The notes under the pieces were generated by a model. That model did no database searches. It worked only from the letters and a program-made list of their open reading frames with translations, and was not told where the DNA came from. DNA of 64,000 nucleotides, taken from the NCBI GenBank assembly GCA_951406725.2, contig OX597820.1:82832001-82896000 (forward strand), in the 5' to 3' direction. The position numbers were made by a program, and so were the translations under genes. Below are positions 38,700 to 53,340 of the stretch, in pieces; within the stretch, counting starts at the first letter, position 1, and each line of letters starts with the position of its first letter. The stretch is from Octopus vulgaris (taxonomy: Eukaryota).

Positions 38700-40779
38700 C
38701 TCAAAGTTTACGAAGTTTATAATCCAGATCTTTGGATCTTTCCTTTATATATTACCATATATATATATATATTTAATTTTTAAGAAAAGATCCGGAAAAA
38801 TAGCTACCAGGGTAGCCAAACGTCACATAAACAATTTAAGATATTAATAACCACACATACATGGGTAATAATTCCAAGAAGTGAGACGTGTTTTAGAGAA
38901 TATAAGACAAATGGAAAATGGAGACAAACGCACAAGATGTTATTTATATCATTTATATTACCGATATATATATGTTTCGATGGATAAATTAAAATTAATC
39001 GGGGAGGATTTCTCTTATATATATATTTCTCATATACTTATATATACACACACATTGACAGGAAATAGTAAAGCACAGCAAATAATTAAATAATTTTTCA
39101 ATGTGTTTTTTTGCGGGGTGGGGGCAGTATATTCTATTCCAGTTCCATTATTTAAAATTACGAAGCCTTCTGACATGCATGTAAGTATGTATATATATAT
39201 ATATTTACTTGCATGTGTGTGTATGTGTGTGCGCGCTGGCGCACGTATATGTACGATAGACAGGACTTTTACGTTAAGTGAACATAATACTTGATTTCTT
39301 CGTAAATTCTAACACTGTTATTGAGCATTTGTTATTATTGTAGCGTATTTATTGAGTGAGAGAATGGAATTGGACGAATAGAGGATACAAATGAAATTAA
39401 ACGAAACATTACACAAATTAGGAATCAATTGAGCAAATATTATTATGCGACTAGCAGATAAACACCCTTCTGGAATTTATTAAAGAGAGACCGGCTTAAT
39501 TTGAAATAAAAAGAATCAGATGTGTCTTTGTTGGTATGGCAGTTTAGTTTGATATAAACCTTACGATATCACTGCTATTGTTAGCATACTAAAAGCTCAC
39601 CTAGAGGATGGGCTACCATTGAGCTGGTTTAAAAGAAAGATATTAAGACTGCGTAAAAGTAATAAAAGTAATATTTACATATTACTTGATTTCTTCATAT
39701 ATTTTAACCCTGTTAATCAGTGTTTGCTATTATGCTAACGTATTTATTGAACGAGAGAATGCAGTTGGACGAATAAAGGATTCAAAGAAAAATTACAGGT
39801 AATATATAAGAAAAAGTTACACACATTAGACATAAAATATGTAAATATTATTTATGGATGAGCAGGAAACCACTTGGCGGGCACAATCCTATCTCACCGA
39901 ATGTAGCACTGAAAATACTTTAAACATATTCAATCAACAACAAAACACTAAGCTTAAATCCTTAATGTTTTGAAGCATAATATCCAGATCAACATCTCTA
40001 AATATGTCTAATCTCAGCTTCATTCAAACTATTCCTTCTATGTGAATTTCAAAGTTTTATTTTATCATATCTACTGGAATAATATATCCGTGTCAGTTTT
40101 TATCTGTTATATTCTATTCGTTTTACTTTTAAAACTATTTTAGAAATAGTTCGTGAAGATACCATAATAAAAGAAGTCCAGTGAATATATGGAGTTGATG
40201 TAGACACTCTTCGAGTCAAGGCTTTAAGCCATCTTGAAGCCTGGGTTGCATTCCTCCGATGTAGGAACATCGTTTCAATGGTCGTTTCTAATCCTATAAT
40301 GATAGATACAAATTTATCTAAACAAAAGCTTGTGCCTGAGTGAGCATATTTTGAGCTGGAGTGGTTGTAAAGACAAGGAGATTGTACGCACTTGTTGTTC
40401 CTAGATGTAAGTCTTTCTAAAATCCACATTACCCACAGATATGAATTCATATATTCTCCGTGCTATCACCAACATAAAAATCTCTATATATATGGGCTTA
40501 TATTGATCTGTGTATGCATGTTTGTGTGTATGTATATGAATATTTGGTGCAACTTTCAAAATTTTAACTTCGCTCATATTAAAGCTGGGCTGTGTGTATG
40601 CATACAGGGTTGCCCGTAGAGTCTAGTAAATGCATTATTCAGTGTCTCAGTGTCAATGCTGATTTAAGTAAAATTTGCATCCTCGAAATTCTTAATAAAT
40701 TAAATACGGAATCTACAGCCGGAGAAAAGAAGCATACTTCAAGTCATTGCTCTTGTATTCCCCTAATGCAGGCACAATG

Positions 40780-40968
40780 CCAGCTATTTAAGAGGATGGG
40801 GCTTAGTCGATTCCATCGACCTCAGTACTCAACTGGTCCTTATTCAATCGACCCCGAAAGGATGAAAGGCAAGGTCAGCCTGGGCAGAATTTGAACTCAA
40901 AACGTAAAGACGAACGAAATTCCACTATACATTTCGTACAGTGTACTAACGATTCTGACATCTCGTTG
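40780..40968 (-). mobile_element. SINE family D variant, decayed
   Basis: atcgaccccgaaaggatgaaaggcaaggtc...atttgaactcaaaacgtaaagacg. Confidence 0.78.
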
Positions 40969-42869
40969 TACTACATTGCAGCTATTAATATTAATTTACA
41001 GAATTAATCTCTCAAAAGCTATGCTTAGAATAGCAATCAATGGACGAAACAATAAAAAAAAAATTATACAAAGTATATTGAGAAATGAATAATACATATT
41101 TATAATGCCCTCTAGCTAAATTACCAAGACATAAAAAATGAGTACTGTATACCTTGAAATGCACAATCCTATCTTTTCTTATCTTGTAACTTTCCTATAT
41201 TCAACTTATTAACCAGAAAAATGTACTTTTCCAATACCTCCGACAACGAACCCGTTCGCTTCTCTAATACACACAATCAAATTAACAGCTGGTAATTACT
41301 ATGTCATTTCTCTAAATAACCCAATTAATTCATTTTTGTGATTTCGTTAGAATGATATATTTTGATACAACACGTAACCTCTTTCCAATGTCACAAACTT
41401 ACATCTAACGAAGTTCTTTTCCCTTTTCCCCTTTCCCATACTTGTACAAATTCAACGTTTAAAGATTAAACATTGAACTAATTAAATACAATAAAACAAA
41501 TAACGAAGCAAATATAAGTTATTTAATCAGTGTTGGAAGCAAAAATCAAAAGTAGAATACAGCTTTATTAGTTTTCGCTATTTTCCTCCAAAATTTTCTG
41601 TTACAAAACACAGGTTTCTGATATAGATGATATTTAGAATATCAATTCTGATTCCCTTAATCAGACGAGTCGGCATCATTAGAGTTCGAGTTGACGACTC
41701 GCTTGTTGAATAATTTTCTTTCTACGTACTTTATTCCTTCGATTTTAAGAATATTATTTGTAACAAAAGCTATTACATCAAATAACTTCAAGCTAGATAA
41801 TTTGAGACAATATTTTTACTGGAATGCCAAAGCAATAATCTTCAAAACAAATTACTTAGGATAGAAAACCTTCAACAAAATGGAAGCTTGATATGTTGAT
41901 ATTTTTTCTTCTGATATTTTCCCAAAATATCCAACTTCAAAAAAGACTTTACTGGTTAAAAATTTAAAAACAATAAAAAATTAATGAAATTTTTAGTATT
42001 TTGTCTTTCTTTGTATTACGTTTAAATTATTTAGCAAAAAGCTTCATTTCTAATAAATATAAGTACTATTTACACAAATCGAATGCACCTAATATATTAA
42101 TCAGTAATCAGGTTACAAATGAGCACGAGAAATACATTAAGTATCTAAGGGATCATGTAAAAAAAAATCTTAAAATTTTTAAAATTTTAAAATACATTTT
42201 ACACCTTATTACTTCGGGCTTTCCGGGTTTACGCAACCACACAACATTTTTTATTACCCAACAGCATCCCTAACCAACCTTGCTTTTAAAAAAGTGCATT
42301 AAATTTACCATTATTTGCCACTAATCACCTCTATAAAATCGTGGGTATACGTCGTTGTTTCTTTTAAATCATATACGTTCAAACAACAACCATAAATAAT
42401 CCTATTCCGTGTCTTCTGCAGCAGCCCCTCTATCAATGTCTAGTACGAACGGTTGCTATTTCTAGCATATAATCATACAAGCAGAACTATTATTTCATCA
42501 TGAATGCGATGACGAAATATGTTTAAGCGCTAGACCAACTTAACGTTTGTGCCATTATAATTTTGCTGAAGAACACAACAGGAAACCTCTCACTCACTCA
42601 CAAGGCCTTTCGTGTTAGTACAAAGTCACTAGTGGGGAAAGCGTTTTTAACGTGGTTATTTGTTTTCACATCAATTTCAGTATGTAATGAAACCAGTTAA
42701 AAAATTTCTAGCAAAAATGTCGACCGAGTTTTGTTTATATTCCTATAATGATTATATATTGATATTAAAACCAAATATAGGATACTTTTATTCCGCGTAG
42801 TCTATATGGAAATTAAATAAATAAAGAAGGAATGGCAAAACAATATTAGAATCTGAATAAAACTCCCCG

Positions 42870-43570
42870 TCTGGGGCGGCAACTGTATGCCAAAGATAAG
42901 TCAAGATGCTAAATTCTCTTTCAGGCCATTATTTGTAATACTTGTAAATTGGGATGTTCTTACCAGAAGCATAGGCAGACGTAATGTTCGAGCAAGTGTA
43001 CAGAGGCGACAGTTTTCTATATTTTCTCTCACTGATTTACTATTAATTTCACTTCTTGATAAGAAGCTTCTTTAGACTCTTAATGCGAGATTCGATTCTA
43101 CACGACAACTTATCTATCTACTGCCAATACCTGCAACGAAATGTGGTCACTGTTGTCTTCATTTATTATTTGTATGCATTGTGGTACAAATATCTGCTTG
43201 ATACCTCAAGGATGTGCTAATACTGCCACTGTCTATGCAGCTTCCACCATCTATGCAGCTTGCCACTTCGACAGCGTTTGATACCAAGCTCAGTCGCCTA
43301 CTAATTTGGTAAAGCGACACGGATAGTCTTTCTTGTTATATAGAAAGTTAGTAGTGAATATTACCGACTACGTTATGGACCGTTTAATATCTGAATATGG
43401 AAACGTCCTCAAACCCTTTGATCTGTCTATAGGTTTAGATAATCAACGACGCAGTAAAATGAATCTGGTCATACCCGAGTCCACCGTAATCGGCAAACCC
43501 TCTGGGTTTTTTTTGTGGGTAATGATAGGCGATTTTCCTCTGTCTGGTGTCTCTAGTGAATTATTAGAGT
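42870..43570 (-). mobile_element. Possible relic of an RLE-type (R4/NeSL-like) LINE C-terminus
   Basis: Frame-broken colinear resemblances: LSLP.K...RGL, W.KLH.QW, C....E..DHI, EN.SIL. Weak. Confidence 0.35.
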
Positions 43571-43952
43571 AGTGGACAAGATTAAAAAGGCGAGACATAC
43601 ACTGGTTCTTATTCCATCAATATCTTAGAAACTGTTTCGATAAGCAGTTTGAAGAAGGAGGTAGGTGGAGGTAAAAATGCTGAAATATGAGAATAGGATA
43701 ATTGGTATATATAATTGGTGAAGATGGAATAGGATAATTGGTATATTTTGAATATATGCTTATATTTTGTGGGTGACGTTTGCGAGAGAAATTACTCAAA
43801 TATTAGTGATAATCTTTGGACCTAGGTGGCTGTTTCCCACCGGGGTTACACACAATATATTTCGCAACAACAATTTGTTAAGTAAAATGCATTGCTTTTA
43901 TAGTCGACTCAGTGTAATCATTCACCTCATGCGATTCGCAATCATACCTTTT

Positions 43953-44024
43953 AATATGCAACTGTCCTGATCTTTCGGGTAATAACATAATATGCAACTG
44001 TCCTGATCCTTCGGGTAAAAACAT
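43953..44024. repeat. 36-bp tandem duplication
   Basis: AATATGCAACTGTCCTGATC(T/C)TTCGGGTAA(T/A)AACAT twice. Confidence 0.9.
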
Positions 44025-44271
44025 ATATCTATATTTTCATAAATATTCAAGTTAGATTGTCACTAGTGTATGTTGAAATGTTGCTTCTTTTCTACTATTT
44101 TCATGAATACTTTGTGGCAGCTAATATTTGATGTCCTGAAGTTGCTGTTGTATTTGATAACCTGAAATTGTCATTGTATAGTGAAGGACGTCACCATTAT
44201 GGATCAAAACAATACAATCACAATGAATTAGTTAATCAAGCCTAGTTAGTTTTGTTTTGTCTTATCAATAT

Positions 44272-44596
44272 CTTTTATCTTTATTTGTTTCAATCATTAG
44301 ACTGCGGCTATCCTGGAACACCACCTTGAGGAATTTTAGTGGAACGAATCCATCTCAGTACTTACTTTTTCCTGGTATCGTTTTGTCGGTTCTGTTGCTG
44401 AACTACCATGTTACGACAACATAATCACAGTAACATCAGTTCTCAAATCATTGGGATGAACAAATACAAACACACGCACACACATATATACAACGGGATT
44501 CTTTCAGTTTCCGTCTTCCAAATCCACTCACAATGGTTTTGGTCGGCTCAAGTCTAAACATACGACCAAAGTCCCACTGCGTGGGACTGATTTCGG
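44272..44596 (-). mobile_element. SINE family A, old copy
   Basis: Diverged match to 24171-24530. Confidence 0.75.
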
Positions 44597-45824
44597 TATG
44601 TTTGTCTGTATTTGTTCCTCTTAATTTAAAATCCGGTATTCATTGTCTTTACCATTAATGCAATGAAACTATACATTGTATAAATATAAAATATTCTATC
44701 AGCCTAGGACTATTTCATTAGCTGAAAGATTAATAAGAAATATTTAATTAGTATGACTAACCTCTTAGCTAATGAAGTAATATTTAATAATAACTCAGAA
44801 TTCTATAGTTATGCTCTGGTTGGAACTGGATGTAATGAAAAAAGAAAGTAAAGTATGGCCAAATTAAATGTCACTTGTCATATTGAGATTATAAAATATA
44901 AGCTGCAAAATAAATCATTGTTAACGACAAATAATTGTAGACAGCACGGCTAAATTTTAACTAAAAGTAAAAATAGCATCGCGAATATATTTATCAATAG
45001 AAATATTTTGTCAAGTGATAATATAGTCATTTACCATCTAATGTTATTAAAAGAATTAAGAATCTGGCTAATGCTATATAGAGAATTACGAATCCGCCTA
45101 AGTACAAGAGTAAGCACAAAACTCCTTGAGTATACGTATTAGCCCCACTACAAATTACAAATATATTTCTGAAAAAAAAAAAGATAGTGTTTGAATGCCA
45201 CTTATAATAGAAATATAATAACTAGCGTCACTATTGGGGCCCCATACCTTAGAAATGTGATTCTTTGCCGCATTATAATTCAAAGATATAAAATTAATAA
45301 TATCTTCAGTGTTTCAAATATTGATTGTATTCACATAATACTTTCAATTCTCCACTTCCAGATTTTATACCTTTCAGCAATTAATCTATTAAGGTATGAC
45401 TACTTTTCTCTAATTTAAAATAATAAGTTATCGTTGAATGGTAAAACAGAATATAATCTGATATAATGTTTCCTTTTCAAGAGATATTAAAACTAGAATT
45501 GCGCAATTATTCCATAAAATTCTTGAAGTCAGTTTTACTCCACAACATAAGTATTACCCAATTTTCAACATGCCAACCATTAAATTGTCTTATTGTAACA
45601 CACCTAATATAGCTTATATTTTATTATATTTTCTATATTTTGTTATATTTTTCTAATTTAAGCAAGTTTGATATTAATTCTGAACCAAAACTTTAAGCCT
45701 TAATAATACTTCTCCAAGAGATTATGTTAGTCGTAACTTAATAGATTATAATACTAATGTTGACATGTGTAGGGGTTGTCTTGTTAATAATGGTAGTTGT
45801 AGTAATAGTAATAATCATTTGTAC

Positions 45825-46007
45825 TGCAGGAATTTGTGAGGAGAAGGAAGGCGATTACATTATCCCTAGTGTTCAACAAGTACTTTATTTTATCAGCCCC
45901 AAATGTCAAAGACAAACTCGGCGGGATTTGAACTCAAAATATAAATGACAGACGAAATGTCACAAAGCATTTATCAGTCGTACTAACGATTCTGCCAGCT
46001 AGCCACC
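45825..46007 (-). mobile_element. SINE family D variant, old copy
   Basis: ggcgggatttgaactcaaaa...ctaacgattctgccagctagcc. Confidence 0.65.
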
Positions 46008-46783
46008 TTAGTGATAAAAACAACATGATAATAATTGTTGTAATAATGGATGAAATAATATTAATGAAGGCCATAGTAATTATAACAATAATAACAAACA
46101 ATAAAAAGCATAAACACATCGGATGCTTCTTGTATTAACCAGAGTAACGAGGGGAAAACAGAAATAATAAACTTCTAATTTCAATGATAACACAATTTTA
46201 TCGATTTGGAAGAATTCCGAGAGAAAATTTTTCCATTAACGCTCACCGCAAGCACGATATTGTGGTTTAAAAATATACTCTAAAACCAATAATTCTTCTA
46301 TATTCTATATTGGTTCAGTTATAATTTCAGATATTACACACATCGCCATTCATTTTCCAAAGATAACCTAAAGAACTCTAGTTTCCTTGCTGACTATGAT
46401 TTTAATTTGAAATTTAAAAACATTCCCAATGACTTGGAATGTTCTATGTTGATATCTGTACTAGATGGCAAAAACAAAAACAATGACAAAAAAGAAAAAG
46501 AAAAACTGCCGGCTATGTACATATGTGGTTTACGCGGATTTTAAACGTCACCACTAACCTTTACTTAATTTCAAACATGAAGTTATCGTTCACTGCCATC
46601 ATTCAATCTTCTTTCTTTCTCCAAATATACAGAGCATGAATATTGAAATATGTTTTCTCCTCTCTCATTAGTAATTCATGATCACAACGCGGTTTAAGCT
46701 AGTTATGAAACTGAAAAATCATTCAGGTGAAGATCTTCCCAGTCCCTACTTCATAACTAATGAGTCTTTATAATTACATTAGT

Positions 46784-46856
<73 letters not shown>
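46784..46856. repeat. (AC)n(AT)n microsatellite
   Basis: Direct observation. Confidence 0.96.
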
Positions 46857-48149
46857 GTACAAGTTAAATAATCCTCAAGTAATGATATTTTGAATGCCTT
46901 TAATACGTAAGTTTCTGGTCATTGCGCATTCGATAAAAGGAATTTCATTTCTAACGCAACATCTTCCTCATGTAAGGCATTTCTAAACATAAACAGAAAT
47001 ATGGAATTGGGCCGTTATATTTTGTCAGAACAGTTAAAGTCGTCCATTCTTATAAACTGCATTGTTTTGGCTTTTAAAACATATAATTATAAGCACACAC
47101 TCTCACAAACGGAGACGCGGAGACACGTACACACACACATGCACACACACAGTTCGAAGATATGCAACAACAAAAATAAAAGACAACTGTAGGTAAGAGA
47201 ACAAGAAACAAGTGTATTAGTTTGACGCATAGTAAAATGAAAGAGGTCTTGATGTTTCAAGCCTATGCTCTTTTGCAGAAAGGAATGAGAAAAGAAAACA
47301 ATTGGAGAGAGGAATACATGATGAAGGGACAGGATGGAAAAGGTTGAAGACATGGGTGTCAAGGGAGATAACAGTGACTTTGCTGAATTGCTTGTATGCA
47401 AGCATGTGTGTATGCGAGGTATAATATGTGTTTGTGTATTAGTGTGCATGAGCAAGCGTGTGAGTCTGTGTGTGTGGGTAATCACGTGTGTGAGTAGGAA
47501 GATTAGAAGAATTAGTGCGCGTAGGTATGTGTATGTATGGCAGTGCACGTGTGTATGTGTGTATGTATGTGAATAAAAAAACCGTGGTGCTATGTGTGTG
47601 TGTTTGTGATCTCCGTGTATTTATGTGTGCGTGTAAGGGTGTGTGAATGTGTGCATATGTGTGTAAATGTGTGTGTGGCCGCTAACATATGTGAATTTCA
47701 GGCTATCAAATCTATGTGAGGGTGTATTAATGTGCAAGCGCGCGTGTGTAGCATCTAAAATGTGTTTGTGTACATTGTGCAAGTAGCGTGTGTGCGCCCG
47801 TGTGTGTGTATGAGTGTGTGTGCATGTGTGTGTGTTGTGTTCGTGCGTGACTGTTAATTGTGTGTGTGTGTGTGTGTGCAAATCACTGTTGTTTACATAT
47901 GTATAATGTTTATGCGTGTGTATATATGTGAAAGACTGTACCTGTCCTGGTTATCAGTTGGTGTGTGTATATGGAGTGTTGGATAAAGTGTGTGTATGAC
48001 GGTAATATGTGTATGAATATTCTGCGTATGTGTGTATATGTGTGTGAGAGCGCTTGTATGTATGTGAAGCTCTCTGATGTAAGTGAGTTGTAGCATGATA
48101 TATTTGGGTTCCCATAGATGGAAGTGTCAGGTGAATTAGGAATGATATG

Positions 48150-48381
48150 AAAGGCGGCGAGCTGGCAGAAACGTTAGCACGCCGGGCGAAATGCGTAGCC
48201 GTATTTCGTCTGCCGTTACGTTCTGAGTTCGAATTCTGCCGAGGTCGACTTTGCCTTTCATCCTTTCGGGGTCGATTAAATAAGGACCAGTTACGCTCTG
48301 GGGTCGATATAATCGACTTAATCCGTTTGTCTGTCCTTGTTTGTCCTCTCTGTGTTTAGCCCCTTGTCGGTAGTAAAGAAA
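48150..48381 (+). mobile_element. Young SINE family D with 13-bp TSD
   Basis: TSD TAGGAATGATATG at 48137-48149 and 48382-48394; B box GAGTTCGAATTC; central GGTCGACTTTGCCTTTCATCCTTTCGGGGTCG domain resembling conserved SINE central domains. Confidence 0.92.
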
Positions 48382-48854
48382 TAGGAATGATATGGGGTAA
48401 GGGTTGCGAAATATGGGTGCACGACGTCATTCAACGCTAATGTACGTGGGGGAAAGGAAGTGTGGAGTCTGTATGTTAGAGTGTGTGGAGATTGGGAAAG
48501 AGTGTTTGTGCATGTGCGTTCGTGTGCATGTGTGTAGGTACATGTATATGGTGTGGGGACATATTTGTGCGTGGTGTAGGTACTGAGTATAACGGTGTAG
48601 TGAAAGTGTATGCAGTAGAGGAGGAGGGGAAGTGGTATGCGTGGTGTGAGAAAAATGTGTGTGGAAATGGTTTTAGACAAAATGAAGTGAAGAATTGGGA
48701 CCATATGAGACTGAGGGCTGGAAAGCGATAATAAGAGCCCACACTCGACAGGCGGGAAGGCGGCTGGCCTCTCTGCAATACCAATACGAACAAAGACGTT
48801 ATAGGGAATAAACGGTCAAGCTGATGTGGTGCAAGACCAGAGTGTCATTGCCTT

Positions 48855-48970
<116 letters not shown>

Positions 48971-48987
48971 GTGAGTGTATATATATA

Positions 48988-49317
48988 TTGGAACACTCCG
49001 TCGGTTACGACGACGAAGATCCCAGCTGATACGATCAACTTAACAGCTTGCTCGTGAAATTAACGTGCAAGTGGCTGAGCATTCCACAGACACGTGTACA
49101 CTTAACGTAGTTCGCAAGGAGATTCAGCGTGACACAGAGTGCGACAAGGCTGGCCCTTGTTGAAATAGAGGTACTACTCATCATTGCCAGTTGAATGGAC
49201 TGGAGCAACGTAAAATAAAGTGTCTTGCTCAAGGACACAACGCATCGCCGGTAATCAAACTCACATCTTTACGATCATGAGCCGAATGCCCCTAACCAGT
49301 AAGCCACGCGCCCTCAC
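48988..49317 (-). mobile_element. SINE family E (CORE-like middle plus family B-type tail)
   Basis: Reverse complement aligns with 53018-53340. Confidence 0.88.
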
Positions 49318-50499
49318 TATATATATTTATACATCTTTATAGTGTATTATTTGTATATGTTATTTTTTATTACTTGTGTTCTTTTGTTCAAACATGTGCT
49401 TTTGTATTTTTCATATGCATACATTTGTATTCGTATTCGTATATCTAAGTGTGCAGTTTTACGTATGTATCTTTGTATGTATGTATGAATCTACATATGT
49501 ATGTGTGTATCTCTCTCTCTATATATATAGAATTATATTTGCACTTACTTACCTTCCCCAGAAGCTTACAATATATTTTCACACGCGTAATGTATTCTAT
49601 GTTCTTTTTTATATATCAGTTTTGTCTTCACGCTTCAGTTTATATATAAATATATTTACACCAGTCTTAGGTTTTGTTTACTAACTTCTTTACGATTACG
49701 TCTAATTTTACCTGTGTTTGTGTGCGAATATTTCTTTGTTTCATACACATGTATTTATATTTTATTTATTTGGTGTTATCGGAAAGTTTCCTTATGTTAA
49801 ATATGTATACACGTACACATGATTGTGTATGCATATGTATGGTTGTTTGTGTGTTGCATGTTCATATACATATCTATGTTTATTACTGTTGTGCAGACAT
49901 AGTTGCCACTATATCTGATTAGTTGCGTTCCGACACTTCATCCAAATTTACTACTCTACCAGAACCAGGGATCCTCGTAAAAAATACACCTACTTTATCT
50001 AAACGGTAGCATTTAACCCTTCCCGCAGTCCTCCTTATTACCTGTAAGGTTTGAGATCTTCTATTTCTCAGTCACTTGTCGAAGATCTCTCCTGGACTCA
50101 CGGCTTCGGGATCCTGTTGCACACATCCTTTGTGCTCTTACTTTGCGCTTTCTAGACCACGTTGCATGTTGTACCGTCATTTGGCGGACATAGCAATATA
50201 TTATTCGAACGGACCTGTCTACATAAGGTCCAAATGCACTGTTTGTTGACGCGTGCAACGAATGATGCAGTATGGTTATTTTTTCAAACGTTTCTAATAT
50301 TGCAGTTTTTGGTTGTCTTATACACAACTAGCATCACGCTGGTACTTCTATTGGACCCGTAGGGTTTCCTTTGTAATTGCTTGGTGAGCCTTCGACAGTG
50401 TTGTATTTCTGCAGAAAATGTAACAGAATCTTGAAGTTCGTAACTTTAACTTCAACTGTTAAATTTATAAATTGAATTTCAAACTTGTAGCTTGTTTTT

Positions 50500-51300
50500 G
50501 AGTTTACTTACATGTACCATGATTGCTTTGAATAGGTGTGTATTTATATTATATTAGTACCAGATTATGGCTTGGTGTAAGGTACTTTGTCTTTTTTATT
50601 ATGTGATTTTTTAATATGCGTCTGTTTCTTCTATAAATGGTAAACGTTTTATGCATATAGTACACTTTATGTATAATATGTGTGTTTCTTTATTCGGGGT
50701 ATTGTTTAATGCATTTGTTGCGTTGTATTTCTGTCTAAATTAGTCAGTACTTATTCTGCTTCTCAGTTTGGATATCTGTTTTAGTTACTATTTCACTTAT
50801 TCTGTGTGTTTCTTTTAAACTTCCATTTATGGGATGGGATGTTCCAAGTAGTGATTTTAATACTGACATTTTGTAGTCGTGTAGCATTTGCTACTTCTGT
50901 ATTCCTATATACATTATTTGTGTCTTCTGTGTGCACTTACATAAGGTATGTTTCTTTTTTTTAAATCTGAAATATTTACGCCTCGAAATAGAATCATGTT
51001 AGTTATTGCTTCCGGTTGTTAATTTGTTTTCTCCTGGGTTGTTCTCTAGGTCTTCATTTAATTTCTCATGTGCGCAATATTATTACTATATCGTCGTATT
51101 ATTGGTTATGTATATTTTGTGGAAGCATTGGGCGACATGGTTTTTTATGCGATTACATTGTATGGTATCACTACGTTTGATTTTGCAGCTAGGTGTTCAA
51201 ATGCCAAGCTACTTTCATGGAATTGGGTTGTTGGTGATAAAACGTATACTAGAATTCATAATCGGTGTGCTACAATTTCTCAGGAAGAGGAGAAGGCAGC
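50500..51300 (-). mobile_element. Possible decayed Penelope RT-thumb/GIY-YIG relic
   Basis: Frame-broken resemblances (R.K...S....IIRR....HEKLNEDLE; I.KCTICIK..FIEET). Weak. Confidence 0.3.
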
Positions 51301-51616
51301 TATCTGACTTGTCAATCAGAAAATTTAGGACAAGGCATGGAGAACTGATTTTTATCATTGTTCCATCACTCTCATAATAACTACTACTTTCTTATATTTG
51401 GAGATGTGACTTATTAAGTAAGCTCTACCTAATGTTCTCACAGAACATTATGGAGTATATATTCTTGAGTATATATTCCTCATCCGTTTGCTGTTACTCA
51501 AACAATAAATAGTGTTACACCGCGCACTGAAAATGTTTTAATGCTATGCATATTATTTTTGCTACTAAAATGAGCTTTAAAATATGTTACAATTTGTAAA
51601 AACAAATTTCACGTTC

Positions 51617-51668
<52 letters not shown>

Positions 51669-52245
51669 CCAGCTTCACATGCACACACATACACGGAGGT
51701 TTATATTCATCGATGGCTAGTTGTTCTTAATTTTCTAGCTCTTATATTATTTCACCTCCATAGAATTAAAATCATCTCTCCGACTTGTTAGTCTGGTCCG
51801 TTGTAGTGTCAACTTTTCTTTTTTTTAATTTTCCAGTTCAAAGGATATTTCACTGTCTTGGCTAAATTGTTTCCATTATATTGAAGAGTCTTTCAAAAAA
51901 TTGGGGAACATGTTCAGCGTGTAATTTTAAATCATGCATGAAGTGATGATAAAAAATGTTTCTATTTGTCTCTCTTCCAACCAGTAATATAAATTGGCTT
52001 TCTCTAAATTTATTAATTAGAAATCTCAATGGCAACAAACGTAACGTGATGATCTCAATCTCAGAATTTTACGAATAATTCCTTTGGGGCAGTAAATCAA
52101 CGGATTAATGTATTTTTTGTCGATTTATAACAAATGAACCTAAATGTGCATGCCTATGATAAAAGGCGTTCCAGCGAAGACAAACCGGTTTTCGTTCATT
52201 CTTTGAGTAGTCTGAATAACAATTCGTAGAATTGTAATATGTTAT

Positions 52246-52405
52246 TCCGTGTCTGTCCTTACGTTCTGAGTTCAAATTCCGTCGAGGTCGACTTTGCCTT
52301 CCATCCTTTCGGAGTCGATAAATTAAGTACCAGTTGCGTACTGGGGTCGATCTAATCGACTAGCCCTCTCCACAAAAATTTCGAGCCTTGTGCCTAGAGT
52401 ATAAA
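52246..52405 (+). mobile_element. SINE family D variant, 5'-truncated
   Basis: ttacgttctgagttcaaattccgtcgaggtcgactttgccttccatcctttcggagtcgataaattaagtaccag. Confidence 0.85.
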
Positions 52406-53017
52406 AAAATGAATATGTTATTTCGTATATCTCCTATACTTAGCAAATCAAACAACGATGTTGACATTTAAAGTGCAGTTGTACTCCAGCATGACCTTGA
52501 CGAAGTTTAAAATATTTAAAAATATTTAAAAATTGCCTGTGCTAAAATTTTATCGATCTTGTAAAAAAGTTTAGCAACTTGTTAAATATTGGAGCAGTGT
52601 AATGGAAGCCAATCAAAGATGTTCTTGCAGTCTATAAATGAACGTTAAATGTTCTACTTTTTACATACTTTCTCATTATCCATTACAAAAATATTAATAA
52701 GGAGCTGCTTAATTTTCCCTTCAGAGGCTAACTCATTGTTAGTGGTACCTTTTTGCTTTTGAATGTTATTGGAGATGAAATATTTGATAATTAGTCAATA
52801 TAATGAATGATTTGATTATGTTGATAGTAACAGCAGCACAGTTTCTCTGATCTGGTTGGGGGTTGATCAATTTTTTTAAACTTAAGAAGCAAGTATGTCA
52901 AGATTATATACACATAAAGCTTTTTCAGGTGACTTCAACGCCTGATATTCACAACTAGAGCGTGCATGTGGGTGTTATAAAAATTTGTCCATGATGTATA
53001 TAAAGATTGATCGTTAT

Positions 53018-53340
53018 GTGAAGGGGCGAGGCATAGTGGTTAGGGTAAGCGGCTCACGATCGTAAGGTCCTGAGTTTGATTCCCGGCGGAGCGCTATATC
53101 CTTGAGCAAGATCTTATTTCTCGTTGCTCCAGTTCACTCAGCTCGCAAAAATGAATTGTACTTGTAATTCAAAGAGCCGGTCTTGTCACGTTGTGTCACG
53201 CTGAATCTACATGAGAACTACTTTAAGGGTACGCTTTTCTGTGGAGTGCTGAGCCACTTGCACGTTGATTTCACAAGCAGGCTGTACCGTTAATCGAATC
53301 AACTAGAACCCTCGTCCTCATAACCAACAGAGTCTCAGGC
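53018..53340 (+). mobile_element. SINE family E with 10-bp TSD
   Basis: TSD TGATCGTTAT at 53008-53017 and 53341-53350; tRNA-like head. Confidence 0.88.

Noticed and set aside
39900-40450. 116-aa ORF and faint Penelope RT-like motif (SLDSKSVYIN)
   Set aside because: Single weak motif; not enough to call without a translated search.
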